A stretch of 64,000 nucleotides of DNA. Origin: Clostridia bacterium (GTDB taxonomy: Bacteria > Bacillota > Clostridia > Oscillospirales > CAG-382). This document shows, one piece after another, positions 28,026-36,342 of this stretch (its first letter is position 1; every line of letters begins with the position of its first letter). The notes beneath the pieces were generated by a model, which was given only the letters and a program-made list of their open reading frames with translations, searched no databases and was not told the DNA's origin. The stretch is from the NCBI GenBank assembly GCA_017516825.1, contig JAFXBC010000011.1, positions 1,513 through 65,512 on the forward strand, read 5' to 3'. Made by a program: the position numbers and the translations under genes.

Positions 28026-29081
28026 ATGACGACGGAAAACATCGATCTTCTGAAAAGATCCAGCTATTATTACGATCTTCCCGAGGAGCTCATCGCCCAG
28101 ACACCCTCGGAAAAGCGGGACGGATCCCGTCTTTTGGTGCTGAACCGCGAAAGCGGAGAGGTCACCCAGGGGCATTTCTCCGACGTGCTTTCCTATTTCA
28201 AGAAAGGGGATTGTTTGGTGATCAACGACACCCGCGTCATTCCCGCCCGTATCTTCGGAACGGCAAGGGGGAGAACGGGGGAGATCGAAACGGTGCTTCT
28301 TTCCCGGGTGGAAAGCGAGGAGGGGGAGGTCTGGGAAGCCCTGACCAAGCCCGGCAAGAAGACCCGTATCGGGCAGATCGTGGAATATCCGGAAGGCCTT
28401 TCCGGGGAGGTCATCGGTATCCGTGAGGACGGCGTGCGGGTGATCCGCTTTACCTACCAAGGGGTGTTTTTGGAGGTGCTGGAGCGTATCGGGCTTATGC
28501 CTCTGCCTCCCTACATCAAGGCCCGCCTGGAGGACAAAAACCGTTACCAGACGGTGTACGCCCGCACCAACGGCTCCGCCGCCGCACCCACCGCGGGATT
28601 GCATTTTACCCCCGAATTGCTTGGGGAATTGGAGGCCAAAGGCGTGGAGATCGTCCGCGTTCTTTTGCACGTGGGACTCGGCACCTTCCGTCCCGTGAAA
28701 GAGGACGATATCTTGGCACACAAAATGCATTCGGAATACATCAAGGTCACTCCCGAGGCGGCGGAAGCCATCAACCGTACCAAGCAGAACGGGGGCAGAG
28801 TCTTCGCCGTGGGTACCACCAGCGTACGTACGCTGGAGTCCGTTACCGGGGAGGACGGGGTGGTGAAGCCCTTCGAGGGACACACCGAGATCTTCCTGTA
28901 TCCCGGCAAAAAATTTCACGCCGTGGATGGGCTGATCACCAATTTTCACCTGCCGGAAAGCACCCTGATCATGCTGGTCTCCGCCTTCGCGGGGTATGAA
29001 AACACCATGAACGCATACCGCTTCGCCGTGGAGGAGCGCTTTCGCTTCTTCTCTTTCGGTGATGCCATGCTGATCGTGTGA
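28026..29081 (+). CDS. queA: S-adenosylmethionine:tRNA ribosyltransferase-isomerase
   Basis: YYYDLPEELIAQTPSEKRDGSRLLVL N-terminus and ...FFSFGDAMLI C-terminus. Confidence 0.95.
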   Translation: MTTENIDLLKRSSYYYDLPEELIAQTPSEKRDGSRLLVLNRESGEVTQGHFSDVLSYFKKGDCLVINDTRVIPARIFGTARGRTGEIETVLLSRVESEEGEVWEALTKPGKKTRIGQIVEYPEGLSGEVIGIREDGVRVIRFTYQGVFLEVLERIGLMPLPPYIKARLEDKNRYQTVYARTNGSAAAPTAGLHFTPELLGELEAKGVEIVRVLLHVGLGTFRPVKEDDILAHKMHSEYIKVTPEAAEAINRTKQNGGRVFAVGTTSVRTLESVTGEDGVVKPFEGHTEIFLYPGKKFHAVDGLITNFHLPESTLIMLVSAFAGYENTMNAYRFAVEERFRFFSFGDAMLIV

Positions 29082-29085
29082 ATTT

Positions 29086-30168
29086 ATGAAAGATTTTGGC
29101 AAGCTTCAATACCACTTTCGTCCGAAGAAGGGGTGGATCAACGACCCCAACGGGCTGGTGTACTTCAAGGGGTATTACCACGTGTTTTATCAGCACGCCC
29201 CCGATCATGAGATCCCCTGGAAGCAGCCCATGCATTGGGGACACGCCCGTACCAAGGATTTCCTTCATTGGGAGGAGCTTCCTGTGGCCCTCACCCCCGA
29301 CCGCCCCTACGATACAGGCGGGTGCTGGTCGGGAACCGCCATCGTTAAGGACGATAAGCTGTACCTGTTTTACGCCGGCATTACGGAGGTCTCTACGGTG
29401 GCGGTGGCCGTCTCCGAGGACGGGATCCACTTTGAAAAATACCGACGGAACCCTGTGATCGCCACCTTCCCTCCCGAAGGAGGGCCGGATTTCCGTGACC
29501 CTGCCGTTAGCCGTATCGACGGCGTGTATTACTGCGTGGTGGCCTCGGGACATCCCGCCACCAAGACGGCAAGACTGCTATTGTACCGCAGTGAGGATCT
29601 GCTGGATTGGACGTTCTGCTCCGTGATGGCGGAGTGGGAAGAATCCAAGTATGCGGAATGTCCGTCTTTTATGCCCGCGGAAGAAGGGTGCCTCCTCACC
29701 GCCTCCGTCTGTCCTTTGGAAAAGGAGCATTTCTTCTCGGTGATGTACGGAGAACTGAAGGACGGCCGCTTCACCGTGAAGCACCGCGGTCAGGTGGACA
29801 AGGGGCCGGATCAGTACGCGGGGCAGGCCTTTCGGGATCACCTGCAAAGAAATTTGCTGATCACCTGGATCCCCGGCTGGAAATACAGCGGCTACGCCTC
29901 TGCGGATATCGGCTGTATGTCTGTTCCCAGAGAATTGAAGCAGGAAAACGGGCGGATCACCGCTTATCCCATCCCGGAGCTTCAATATCTTTTGAAGGAC
30001 GAGGACCCCTGCCTGCAAAGGACGGAGAACGGCTTTATCGTGGCGCGGGAGGGCAGAGAGCCGCTGGTGTACCGGGGCGAGATCCGCAGTCTGAAGATCC
30101 TGCGGGACGCATACGTTGCGGAGATCTTCGTCAACGGCGGGGAAGAGGTCTTTTCCGTTTTGCTGTAA
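29086..30168 (+). CDS. glycoside hydrolase family 32 (beta-fructofuranosidase / sucrose-6-phosphate hydrolase-like), short form
   Basis: WINDPNGLVYFKGYYHVFYQH, FRDP and YAECPSF catalytic motifs. Confidence 0.85.
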   Translation: MKDFGKLQYHFRPKKGWINDPNGLVYFKGYYHVFYQHAPDHEIPWKQPMHWGHARTKDFLHWEELPVALTPDRPYDTGGCWSGTAIVKDDKLYLFYAGITEVSTVAVAVSEDGIHFEKYRRNPVIATFPPEGGPDFRDPAVSRIDGVYYCVVASGHPATKTARLLLYRSEDLLDWTFCSVMAEWEESKYAECPSFMPAEEGCLLTASVCPLEKEHFFSVMYGELKDGRFTVKHRGQVDKGPDQYAGQAFRDHLQRNLLITWIPGWKYSGYASADIGCMSVPRELKQENGRITAYPIPELQYLLKDEDPCLQRTENGFIVAREGREPLVYRGEIRSLKILRDAYVAEIFVNGGEEVFSVLL

Positions 30169-30194
30169 AAAATCAAAATTCTCTCCTTTTCCTC

Positions 30195-30225
30195 TTGACA
30201 TTGACCTTGGGTCAAGTGTTATACT
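30195..30225 (+). promoter_or_regulatory. MerR-type promoter: TTGACA-19 nt spacer-TATACT with operator dyad TTGACC-ttg-GGTCAA
   Basis: -35 at 30195-30200, 19-nt spacer 30201-30219, -10 at 30220-30225. The dyad lies at 30201-30215 inside the spacer. Confidence 0.65.
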
Positions 30226-30252
30226 GAGGGCGGAAAGGAGAGGATTTCTTTT

Positions 30253-30945
30253 ATGGAGCAGAAGCTTTTGGATATCAATACGGTGTGCCGTATGCTGGGC
30301 ACCACCTCCCGCACCCTGCGTTTTTACGAGGAAAAAGGGATCGTCCAAAGCACCGTAAATCCTTTTTCCACCCGCAGACAGTACAGCATGGAGCAATTGG
30401 AGCAGATCAAAAAGGTGTTGGTTCTGCGCTCCCTGGGTCTGCCCGTGGCGGAGATCAGAAAATTGCAGCAGGAAAAGGGAGATCTGGGGCAAGCCATCCT
30501 GGAACGGCGTGCCAAGGTGATGGCTTCCATCACCACCAAGACCCGTGAGATCGCGCTGTTGAACGAGGCGTTGCAGATCCTTGAGCGGGGCGGGGACGTG
30601 TTTGCCCCAAGGAAATCTGCAGAGATGCAACGGAAGGAGCGGCTGAAGACTGTGGAGGTGTTTTCCGACGCCTTTCTGGCAGGAGAGCTGGAGATCTGTT
30701 ACAGCTTCTTTGATGATGTTTTGCAGAAGGCTTTGCCTTTTGAGGACTTTGCCGCAGGTGCGAAGGAGACCTTGCGCCCGGTGGGAAACTATGTCTCCCG
30801 CGGGGTACGGTGGACGGGATATCTGCCCGACACCGTCTATATCGAGCTGGAATACGAGAACGTGGGCGTCTACCTTCAGCTTGTTTTTAAGGAGCATTTG
30901 ATCCGGGGGATCTGGATGAGCTATTACGAACCGAAGGAGAAGTGA
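30253..30945 (+). CDS. MerR family transcriptional regulator with ~120-aa C-terminal effector domain
   Basis: LDINTVCRMLGTTSRTLRFYEEKGIV HTH. Confidence 0.85.
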   Translation: MEQKLLDINTVCRMLGTTSRTLRFYEEKGIVQSTVNPFSTRRQYSMEQLEQIKKVLVLRSLGLPVAEIRKLQQEKGDLGQAILERRAKVMASITTKTREIALLNEALQILERGGDVFAPRKSAEMQRKERLKTVEVFSDAFLAGELEICYSFFDDVLQKALPFEDFAAGAKETLRPVGNYVSRGVRWTGYLPDTVYIELEYENVGVYLQLVFKEHLIRGIWMSYYEPKEK

Positions 30946-31199
30946 TTATGGTTTTTTTATACGCTTTGGCCGCGCAGACGAGACACTTTACCATGCCTTG
31001 GTGGATAGGCGCTATCCTTGTGGGATTGGTGTTTCTGATCGCCCATCTTTACTGCGTGACGCGGAAATACCATTGTCCCAAATGCGGCAGCACCTTCCGC
31101 GTAAAGTGGTATGCCTTCTCTACTTGGTATCACACCGAAGATCGCAGAGTGGCAAAATGCCCACATTGCAAACGGAAGGGATTCTGTAAGTATGATTAA
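30942..31199 (+). CDS. small membrane protein with C-terminal zinc-ribbon (CPKC...CPHC)
   Basis: One TM helix (WWIGAILVGLVFLIAHLY), then CPKCGSTF...CPHCKRKG. It overlaps merR by 4 nt. Confidence 0.55.
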   Translation: MIMVFLYALAAQTRHFTMPWWIGAILVGLVFLIAHLYCVTRKYHCPKCGSTFRVKWYAFSTWYHTEDRRVAKCPHCKRKGFCKYD

Positions 31200-31647
31200 G
31201 AAAGAACGGTTTTTGATCCTGTGTTCTTGCTTGCTCGTAGCGTTGCTTGTTGCCGTTTTTCATGGGTATTGGCGCTTGACAGCCGGTTCCCTTTTGCCGT
31301 TGTTCTTTGTGCTTCTTTCTTTGGCTTTGGCGGTTTCTTTTCGGAAGGCGACGCCCCGGGAGGAGCAGACTGCCTACGGAAGCGATCTGACACCGGAGGA
31401 GCAGGGCTTGCTGGGGAAGTATACGTCTTTCGGCTTTGGCCTTTTGGCGCCTTGGCAGGGGATCTTTCTGTTCTTCTTTCCCACTGCTGTGAAGATGCTT
31501 TCCGTGTTGCTGTTTTTGGCAGGCGTTATCGCAGGGCCTTGCCTGTTCCGTGTGCGCCACGGTAAGGAGCTGAAGTCCCGTCTTCTCCGGGAACGATCGG
31601 AATTGGAGGAGCAACGCAGGAAAGAAGAATCCGGCAAATGGAAATGA
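31192..31647 (+). CDS. membrane protein (about 4 TM), basic/acidic C-terminal tail
   Basis: MIKKERFLILCSCLL... It overlaps the previous gene by 8 nt. The track ORF start at 31111 lies inside the previous CDS. Confidence 0.5.
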   Translation: MIKKERFLILCSCLLVALLVAVFHGYWRLTAGSLLPLFFVLLSLALAVSFRKATPREEQTAYGSDLTPEEQGLLGKYTSFGFGLLAPWQGIFLFFFPTAVKMLSVLLFLAGVIAGPCLFRVRHGKELKSRLLRERSELEEQRRKEESGKWK

Positions 31648-31695
31648 TCCCTCCCGAAAACGACAGTTTTCGGCAATCAAGTTTCTTTGAGGATT

Positions 31696-31733
31696 CTTAA
31701 GGGGCTTTCTTTTTCGAAAGAAAGCCCCTTAAG
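31696..31733. repeat. 38-nt perfect palindrome (17-bp stem, TTCG loop)
   Basis: CTTAAGGGGCTTTCTTT-TTCG-AAAGAAAGCCCCTTAAG. No adjacent U-tract on either strand. Confidence 0.8.
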
Positions 31734-31750
31734 CGTTCTCCCGTCCCCCC

Positions 31751-31788
31751 AAAACGTCCGCGAAAAAAGCGGGCGTTTTCTTTGTCTT
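31751..31788 (+). terminator. intrinsic terminator
   Basis: AAAACGTCCGC-7 nt loop-GCGGGCGTTTT (11 bp including one G.U), followed by CTTTGTCTT. Confidence 0.6.
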
Positions 31789-31792
31789 CCAC

Positions 31793-31821
31793 TTGCTTTT
31801 TGGAAAGAGTTGTGATATAAT
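31793..31821 (+). promoter_or_regulatory. sigma-A-type promoter TTGCTT-N17-TATAAT for miaA
   Basis: TTGCTT 31793-31798, TATAAT 31816-31821. Confidence 0.5.
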
Positions 31822-31853
31822 ATGGTACTTATTATTGGATCGTGTGGAAAGTC

Positions 31854-32732
31854 ATGGAAAAAATACCCGTCTACGCCGTGGTGGGCCCCACCGCCTCGGG
31901 AAAAAGTGCATACGCCATCCGTCTGGCCAAGGAGCTGGATGGGGAAGTGATCAGCGGGGATTCCATGCAGATCTACCGCGGCATGGACATCGGCACCGCC
32001 AAGGCGAGCACGGCGGAACAGCAGGGAGTCCCCCACCATCTGCTGGACGTGGCGGAGATCACCGAGGGCTTTTCCGCAGGCAGGTTTATGGAGCTGGCCA
32101 AGGAAAAGATCGCCGAGATCCACGGAAGGGGGAAGACTCCCATTATTTGCGGCGGCACGGGATTGTATATCGAGCTACTGCTCACCGGGAAACGGCTTTC
32201 CGAGAACACCGCGGACGAAAAACTGCGGGAGGAGCTTTTGCAGTTTGCAAACGAACGGGGTAACGAGGCACTCCACGCAAGGCTTGCAGAACTTGACCCC
32301 AAGTCTGCGGAGAATATCCACCCCAACAACGTAAAGCGGGTGGTGAGAGCCCTGGAGATCGCCCTGACCACGGGAAATACCAAAAGCGAAGCGGACGAAA
32401 AGAGCAGAGAGGGGGAAAATCCCTACGCACCCACCATCATCCGCCTGACCTACGGAGACCGTGAGGGGCTTTACAAAAAGATCGACCTGCGGGTACGCAG
32501 GATGTTTGAGGAAGGCTTGGAGAACGAGGTACGCACCCTTTGGGAAAAGGGCCTGCGGGAAACGCCTACCGCCTCCCAGGCCATCGGATACAAGGAGTTT
32601 TACCCCTATTTTGACGGCGAAATATCCCTGGAGCAGGTGGAGGAAGACATCTGCCGTAACACCAGGCGCTACGCCAAACGGCAGGAGACCTGGTTCTCCA
32701 GAATGCATTACGACCAATTGATCACGCTTTAA
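31854..32732 (+). CDS. miaA: tRNA dimethylallyltransferase
   Basis: VVGPTASGKSAYAIRLAKEL P-loop, DSMQIYRGMDIGTAK. Confidence 0.95.
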   Translation: MEKIPVYAVVGPTASGKSAYAIRLAKELDGEVISGDSMQIYRGMDIGTAKASTAEQQGVPHHLLDVAEITEGFSAGRFMELAKEKIAEIHGRGKTPIICGGTGLYIELLLTGKRLSENTADEKLREELLQFANERGNEALHARLAELDPKSAENIHPNNVKRVVRALEIALTTGNTKSEADEKSREGENPYAPTIIRLTYGDREGLYKKIDLRVRRMFEEGLENEVRTLWEKGLRETPTASQAIGYKEFYPYFDGEISLEQVEEDICRNTRRYAKRQETWFSRMHYDQLITL

Positions 32733-32754
32733 TTTTCAGACGAGGAGGGTTTTT

Positions 32755-34023
32755 ATGGCAAAGATCAAACGTTTCTTTTCCCAGTTCGGCGTGACCGTAC
32801 TGCTGGTGACCCTCTGCGTCTATCTGGTCTTGCAGTTGACCTTTGGCATCGGCGAAGTGGCTGAGGTGGAGCATACCACCTACGTCACCGTGCGGGATAC
32901 CGTCCAGCTGGAGGCCTACCTCTTCCGTGACGAGACCCCGCTTTACAGCGGCACGGAGGGGATCGACTGCTTCCTGGTGGACGATGGCACAAGAGTTGCC
33001 AAGGGCACCAAGGTGGCCGTGACCTATACCGACGAAAACGATGCCTCCGTCCAGGAGCGGATCACCCGCATCAACCGTATGATCCGTATTCTGGAGCTTT
33101 CCAACCTCACCGAGGGCGTCCAGACCACCGACCTTGCCATCCTGGACAAACGGATCCTGGCATTGACGGTGGAGCACCTGCGGGATGTCGCCGACGGGGA
33201 TCTTACCGCCGCTTTGCGGGGGGAGGAAGCCCTTTGGGTGGAGATGAACCGCCGACAGGCACTTTTGGAGGATAATTTTGATTATTCCAACCAGATCAAC
33301 CTGCTCAAGCAGGAGAAGGCGGATCTGGAAGCCTCCCTGGCAGGGAGATCCGTCACCGTTTCCGCCCCCTCCGCAGGGTATTATTACCAGTCTGCGGACG
33401 GATACGAAAACGTCTTCACCATAGAGGCCCTGGAGACTCTGACGGTGGACAGCTTCGACGAACTGCTCCGATCCTCGGCTGACGGAGAGATCCTGACCCG
33501 CTCCTGCGGAAAGATGGCTCATTCTGCCGACTGGTACGTGGCTGTATCCTTGGACAAGCGTTCCGCCAGCGAGTATACGGAAGGAAAGACCTACGAGATG
33601 GTGTTCCCCTTCTCCACGGGGATGCGCCTGACCATGACGCTGGATAAAAAGGCGGTGCAGACCAACCGGGAACACGCCGTGCTGGTGTTCCGCTCCGGCC
33701 AATTGCCCGAGGGATTTGACTTCACCCGCCGCCAGACGGTACAACTGGTAGCGGGGACCTATTCCGGCATCCGGGTCAGTACCGACGCTCTGCGTATGCA
33801 GGACGGCGTACTGGGCTGTTACGTACTGGACGGCAACCACGTGATCTTCAAAAAAGCGGATATCATTTACCGGGAGGAGGAGTTTGCCGTCTGCCGCGTT
33901 CCCTTCAACAGCGTGAAGGGCAATCGGGACGACAAGGCCTTTATTTCCGAGGAATACGTTTCTCTGTACGATACGGTGGTGGTTTCTGCCGATGACCTGT
34001 ACGAGGGGAAAGTGTTGCAGTAA
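32755..34023 (+). CDS. HlyD-family (membrane-fusion-protein-like) protein
   Basis: N-terminal TM, lipoyl-like hairpin (VDDGTRVAKGTKVAV), coiled-coil segment, then VSAPSAGYYY motif. Confidence 0.6.
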   Translation: MAKIKRFFSQFGVTVLLVTLCVYLVLQLTFGIGEVAEVEHTTYVTVRDTVQLEAYLFRDETPLYSGTEGIDCFLVDDGTRVAKGTKVAVTYTDENDASVQERITRINRMIRILELSNLTEGVQTTDLAILDKRILALTVEHLRDVADGDLTAALRGEEALWVEMNRRQALLEDNFDYSNQINLLKQEKADLEASLAGRSVTVSAPSAGYYYQSADGYENVFTIEALETLTVDSFDELLRSSADGEILTRSCGKMAHSADWYVAVSLDKRSASEYTEGKTYEMVFPFSTGMRLTMTLDKKAVQTNREHAVLVFRSGQLPEGFDFTRRQTVQLVAGTYSGIRVSTDALRMQDGVLGCYVLDGNHVIFKKADIIYREEEFAVCRVPFNSVKGNRDDKAFISEEYVSLYDTVVVSADDLYEGKVLQ

Positions 34024-34036
34024 CGGAGGGTTTCTT

Positions 34037-34717
34037 TTGAACACCAGAGCAGAGATCAAAGAGAATATCGAAAAAGCCCTGCAGGCGGCAGACGGCAGAG
34101 CCAGAGTGCTTCTTGCTACCAAAACCGTGCCTGCGGAGCTGATCAATTACGCAGTTACCTGCGGCACCAACCTTATCGGAGAAAACAGGGTCCAGGAGCT
34201 TCTGGAAAAGTACGACGCTTTGGATAAGGATAAGATGGAGATCCATTTTATCGGCCATCTCCAGACCAATAAGGTGAAATACATCATCGACAAGGTCTCC
34301 ATGATCCATTCGGTGGACAGCATCCCCCTGGCAAAGGAGATCGAAAAACAGGCGGCGAAGCGCGGCATCACCATGAAGGTGCTTATCGAGGTGAACATCG
34401 GGAACGAGCCGGGGAAGTCCGGGATCCCCTTTGAGGAAACGGAGACGTTTTTGGAAGCCCTTGAGGAATTTCCCCACCTTCTGCCCTGTGGATTGATGGT
34501 GATCCCGCCCAAAAGGGAGCTCCCCGAAGAAAATTTGCATTTTTTTGAAAAAATCTATCAAAAATTCATTGACATTCGGACAAAAAAAGAAGATAATAAG
34601 AATTGGGCAGTTTTGTCCGCGGGGATGAGCGGCGATTATGCGGAAGCGATCTCCTGCGGATCCAACCTGATCCGTCTGGGCAGCTTTGTGTTTGGCGCAC
34701 GGAGCTACCCTACTTGA
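34037..34717 (+). CDS. yggS: YggS/YlmE family pyridoxal-phosphate homeostasis protein
   Basis: LLATKTV (PLP Lys), IGENRVQEL, HFIGHLQTNKVKY. TTG 34037 has a GGAGGG RBS; the track ORF is 5'-extended into the previous gene. Confidence 0.85.
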   Translation: MNTRAEIKENIEKALQAADGRARVLLATKTVPAELINYAVTCGTNLIGENRVQELLEKYDALDKDKMEIHFIGHLQTNKVKYIIDKVSMIHSVDSIPLAKEIEKQAAKRGITMKVLIEVNIGNEPGKSGIPFEETETFLEALEEFPHLLPCGLMVIPPKRELPEENLHFFEKIYQKFIDIRTKKEDNKNWAVLSAGMSGDYAEAISCGSNLIRLGSFVFGARSYPT

Positions 34718-34765
34718 ATTTGTAAAGAAAAGAATTTGTTATAAAAACCATCATGGAGGTATATC

Positions 34766-35206
34766 ATGGGATTTTTAGGCCGTATCAACGAAATGTTTAA
34801 GGAAGACGAAAGCTATCTGGAGGAAGAGGAAAACTTCAACGTTGCCGACGACAACGCAGGGGAGACCTTTGAGGAAAAGTCTGCTCCCGCAGCAGCTCCC
34901 AAGTCCACCGGCGTAGGCTCTGCCGCTTCTCTGGAAATGAAGGTGGTCAAGCCCGAGCGTATGGACGCCGCCTTCGGCATCGGCGATCATCTTCTCGCAA
35001 GACGTACCGTGGTTCTGAACTTTGAGGATACCAACAAGGAGACCGTCCGCCGTATTCTGGATTTCCTTGGCGGCGTTGTGTTCGCTATCGAGGGCAACAT
35101 CAAGAAGGTATCCGACTCTACCTATATCGTCACCCCCAAGCACGTTGACGTAACCGCAGACGTTCCTCCCCAGGCAGAGGCGCCCAAGTCCAGAGAGCTG
35201 TTCTGA
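34766..35206 (+). CDS. sepF: cell division protein SepF
   Basis: VVKPERMDAAFGIGDHLLARRTVVLNFEDT...FLGGVVFAIEGNIKKVS. Confidence 0.9.
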   Translation: MGFLGRINEMFKEDESYLEEEENFNVADDNAGETFEEKSAPAAAPKSTGVGSAASLEMKVVKPERMDAAFGIGDHLLARRTVVLNFEDTNKETVRRILDFLGGVVFAIEGNIKKVSDSTYIVTPKHVDVTADVPPQAEAPKSRELF

Positions 35207-35249
35207 GAGCCCTCTTTTCCCCCGTTTTTGCCAAGGAAAGTGAACTGAG

Positions 35250-35522
35250 TTGGAAGTTATTACGGTTATCAAGCTTGCCGTGTTGCTGTTCATAGAGGTC
35301 CTGGGTTACGCGATGTTGATCCGGGCAATCATATCTTTTCTCGGATTTGAGGAATCCATGGTCAATGTGATCTGCTACGCGGTATCGGAGCCTGTGGTGG
35401 CACCCGTCCGAAGTCTTTTGGACCGTGTCACCGGCCTCCGGGAAATCGGGATCGACTTCTCCTTTATGGCAACCTTTTTGCTGTTGGAGGTCGTCCGGAT
35501 CTTTCTGCTGTCCTTCGCCTGA
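35250..35522 (+). CDS. YggT family membrane protein
   Basis: 90 aa with 2-3 TM helices and a YAMLIRAIISF motif, in the conserved position between sepF and divIVA. TTG start. Confidence 0.75.
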   Translation: MEVITVIKLAVLLFIEVLGYAMLIRAIISFLGFEESMVNVICYAVSEPVVAPVRSLLDRVTGLREIGIDFSFMATFLLLEVVRIFLLSFA

Positions 35523-35618
35523 AAAGCAGGCAGGGAGAGCAGTTTTGCGGCGCAATTTTTTCCTCGCGGGGAGGAAGGCCGCCCCGCTTAATATTAACAT
35601 TGAAAGGAACTTTGCAGG

Positions 35619-36293
35619 ATGCTTGCACCACACGAACTGAAAAACAAGCCCTTCTCCAAATCCATCAAGGGGTACAACCCCGCAGAGGTGGATGAGTACA
35701 TCGAGTTTCTCATAGGAAAGTATACCGAGGTATACCGCGAGAACAACGAGCTGGAACGGAAGCTCCACGTGGTCGTCACCAATCTGGACGAGATCAAGGA
35801 CGAGGAGGAATCCATTCGGAGCACGCTGATCTCCGCGCAGAAGATGGCGGATAAGATCGTCAAGGACGCAACCGACCGTGCGGACGTGATCACAGGCGCC
35901 ATCAAGGAGCGTTGTGATGCGGTGATCGCAGAGTTCAAGGAACAGCTGAAGGCCGAGAAGGAGGAGATGTGGGAGCTTCGCGCCCGCATCGTGGACTTCA
36001 AGAAGCAGCTGTTCGACCTGTACCGCGGTCATATCGAATCCATCAAGAACGTTTCCGTCAACGAGATCGACGAGATCGTTCTGCCCGAGGAGGATGCCGT
36101 GGTCGCCCGTATCTTCACCGACGTGAAGCAGGGCATCGAGGAAAGCGACACCGAGGCCAAAAAGGCGGCCAAGGACGAGCTGGAGGAGGAAAAGAGCTTT
36201 ACCCTCACTCCCGACGCCCCCGCAGAAAAGAAGCTTTCCGCGGCGGAGGCCGAAGACGACTTCCTTCGCTTTATGATGGAAGACGGCGAGTAA
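35619..36293 (+). CDS. divIVA: DivIVA domain-containing protein
   Basis: LAPHELKNKPFSKSIKGYNPAEVDEYIEFL N-terminal DivIVA motif plus coiled coil. Confidence 0.85.
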   Translation: MLAPHELKNKPFSKSIKGYNPAEVDEYIEFLIGKYTEVYRENNELERKLHVVVTNLDEIKDEEESIRSTLISAQKMADKIVKDATDRADVITGAIKERCDAVIAEFKEQLKAEKEEMWELRARIVDFKKQLFDLYRGHIESIKNVSVNEIDEIVLPEEDAVVARIFTDVKQGIEESDTEAKKAAKDELEEEKSFTLTPDAPAEKKLSAAEAEDDFLRFMMEDGE

Positions 36294-36342
36294 TAGTTAG
36301 CAGGAAAGGAAACGGCAAAGCCTTGCCGTTAGGAATAGACAC

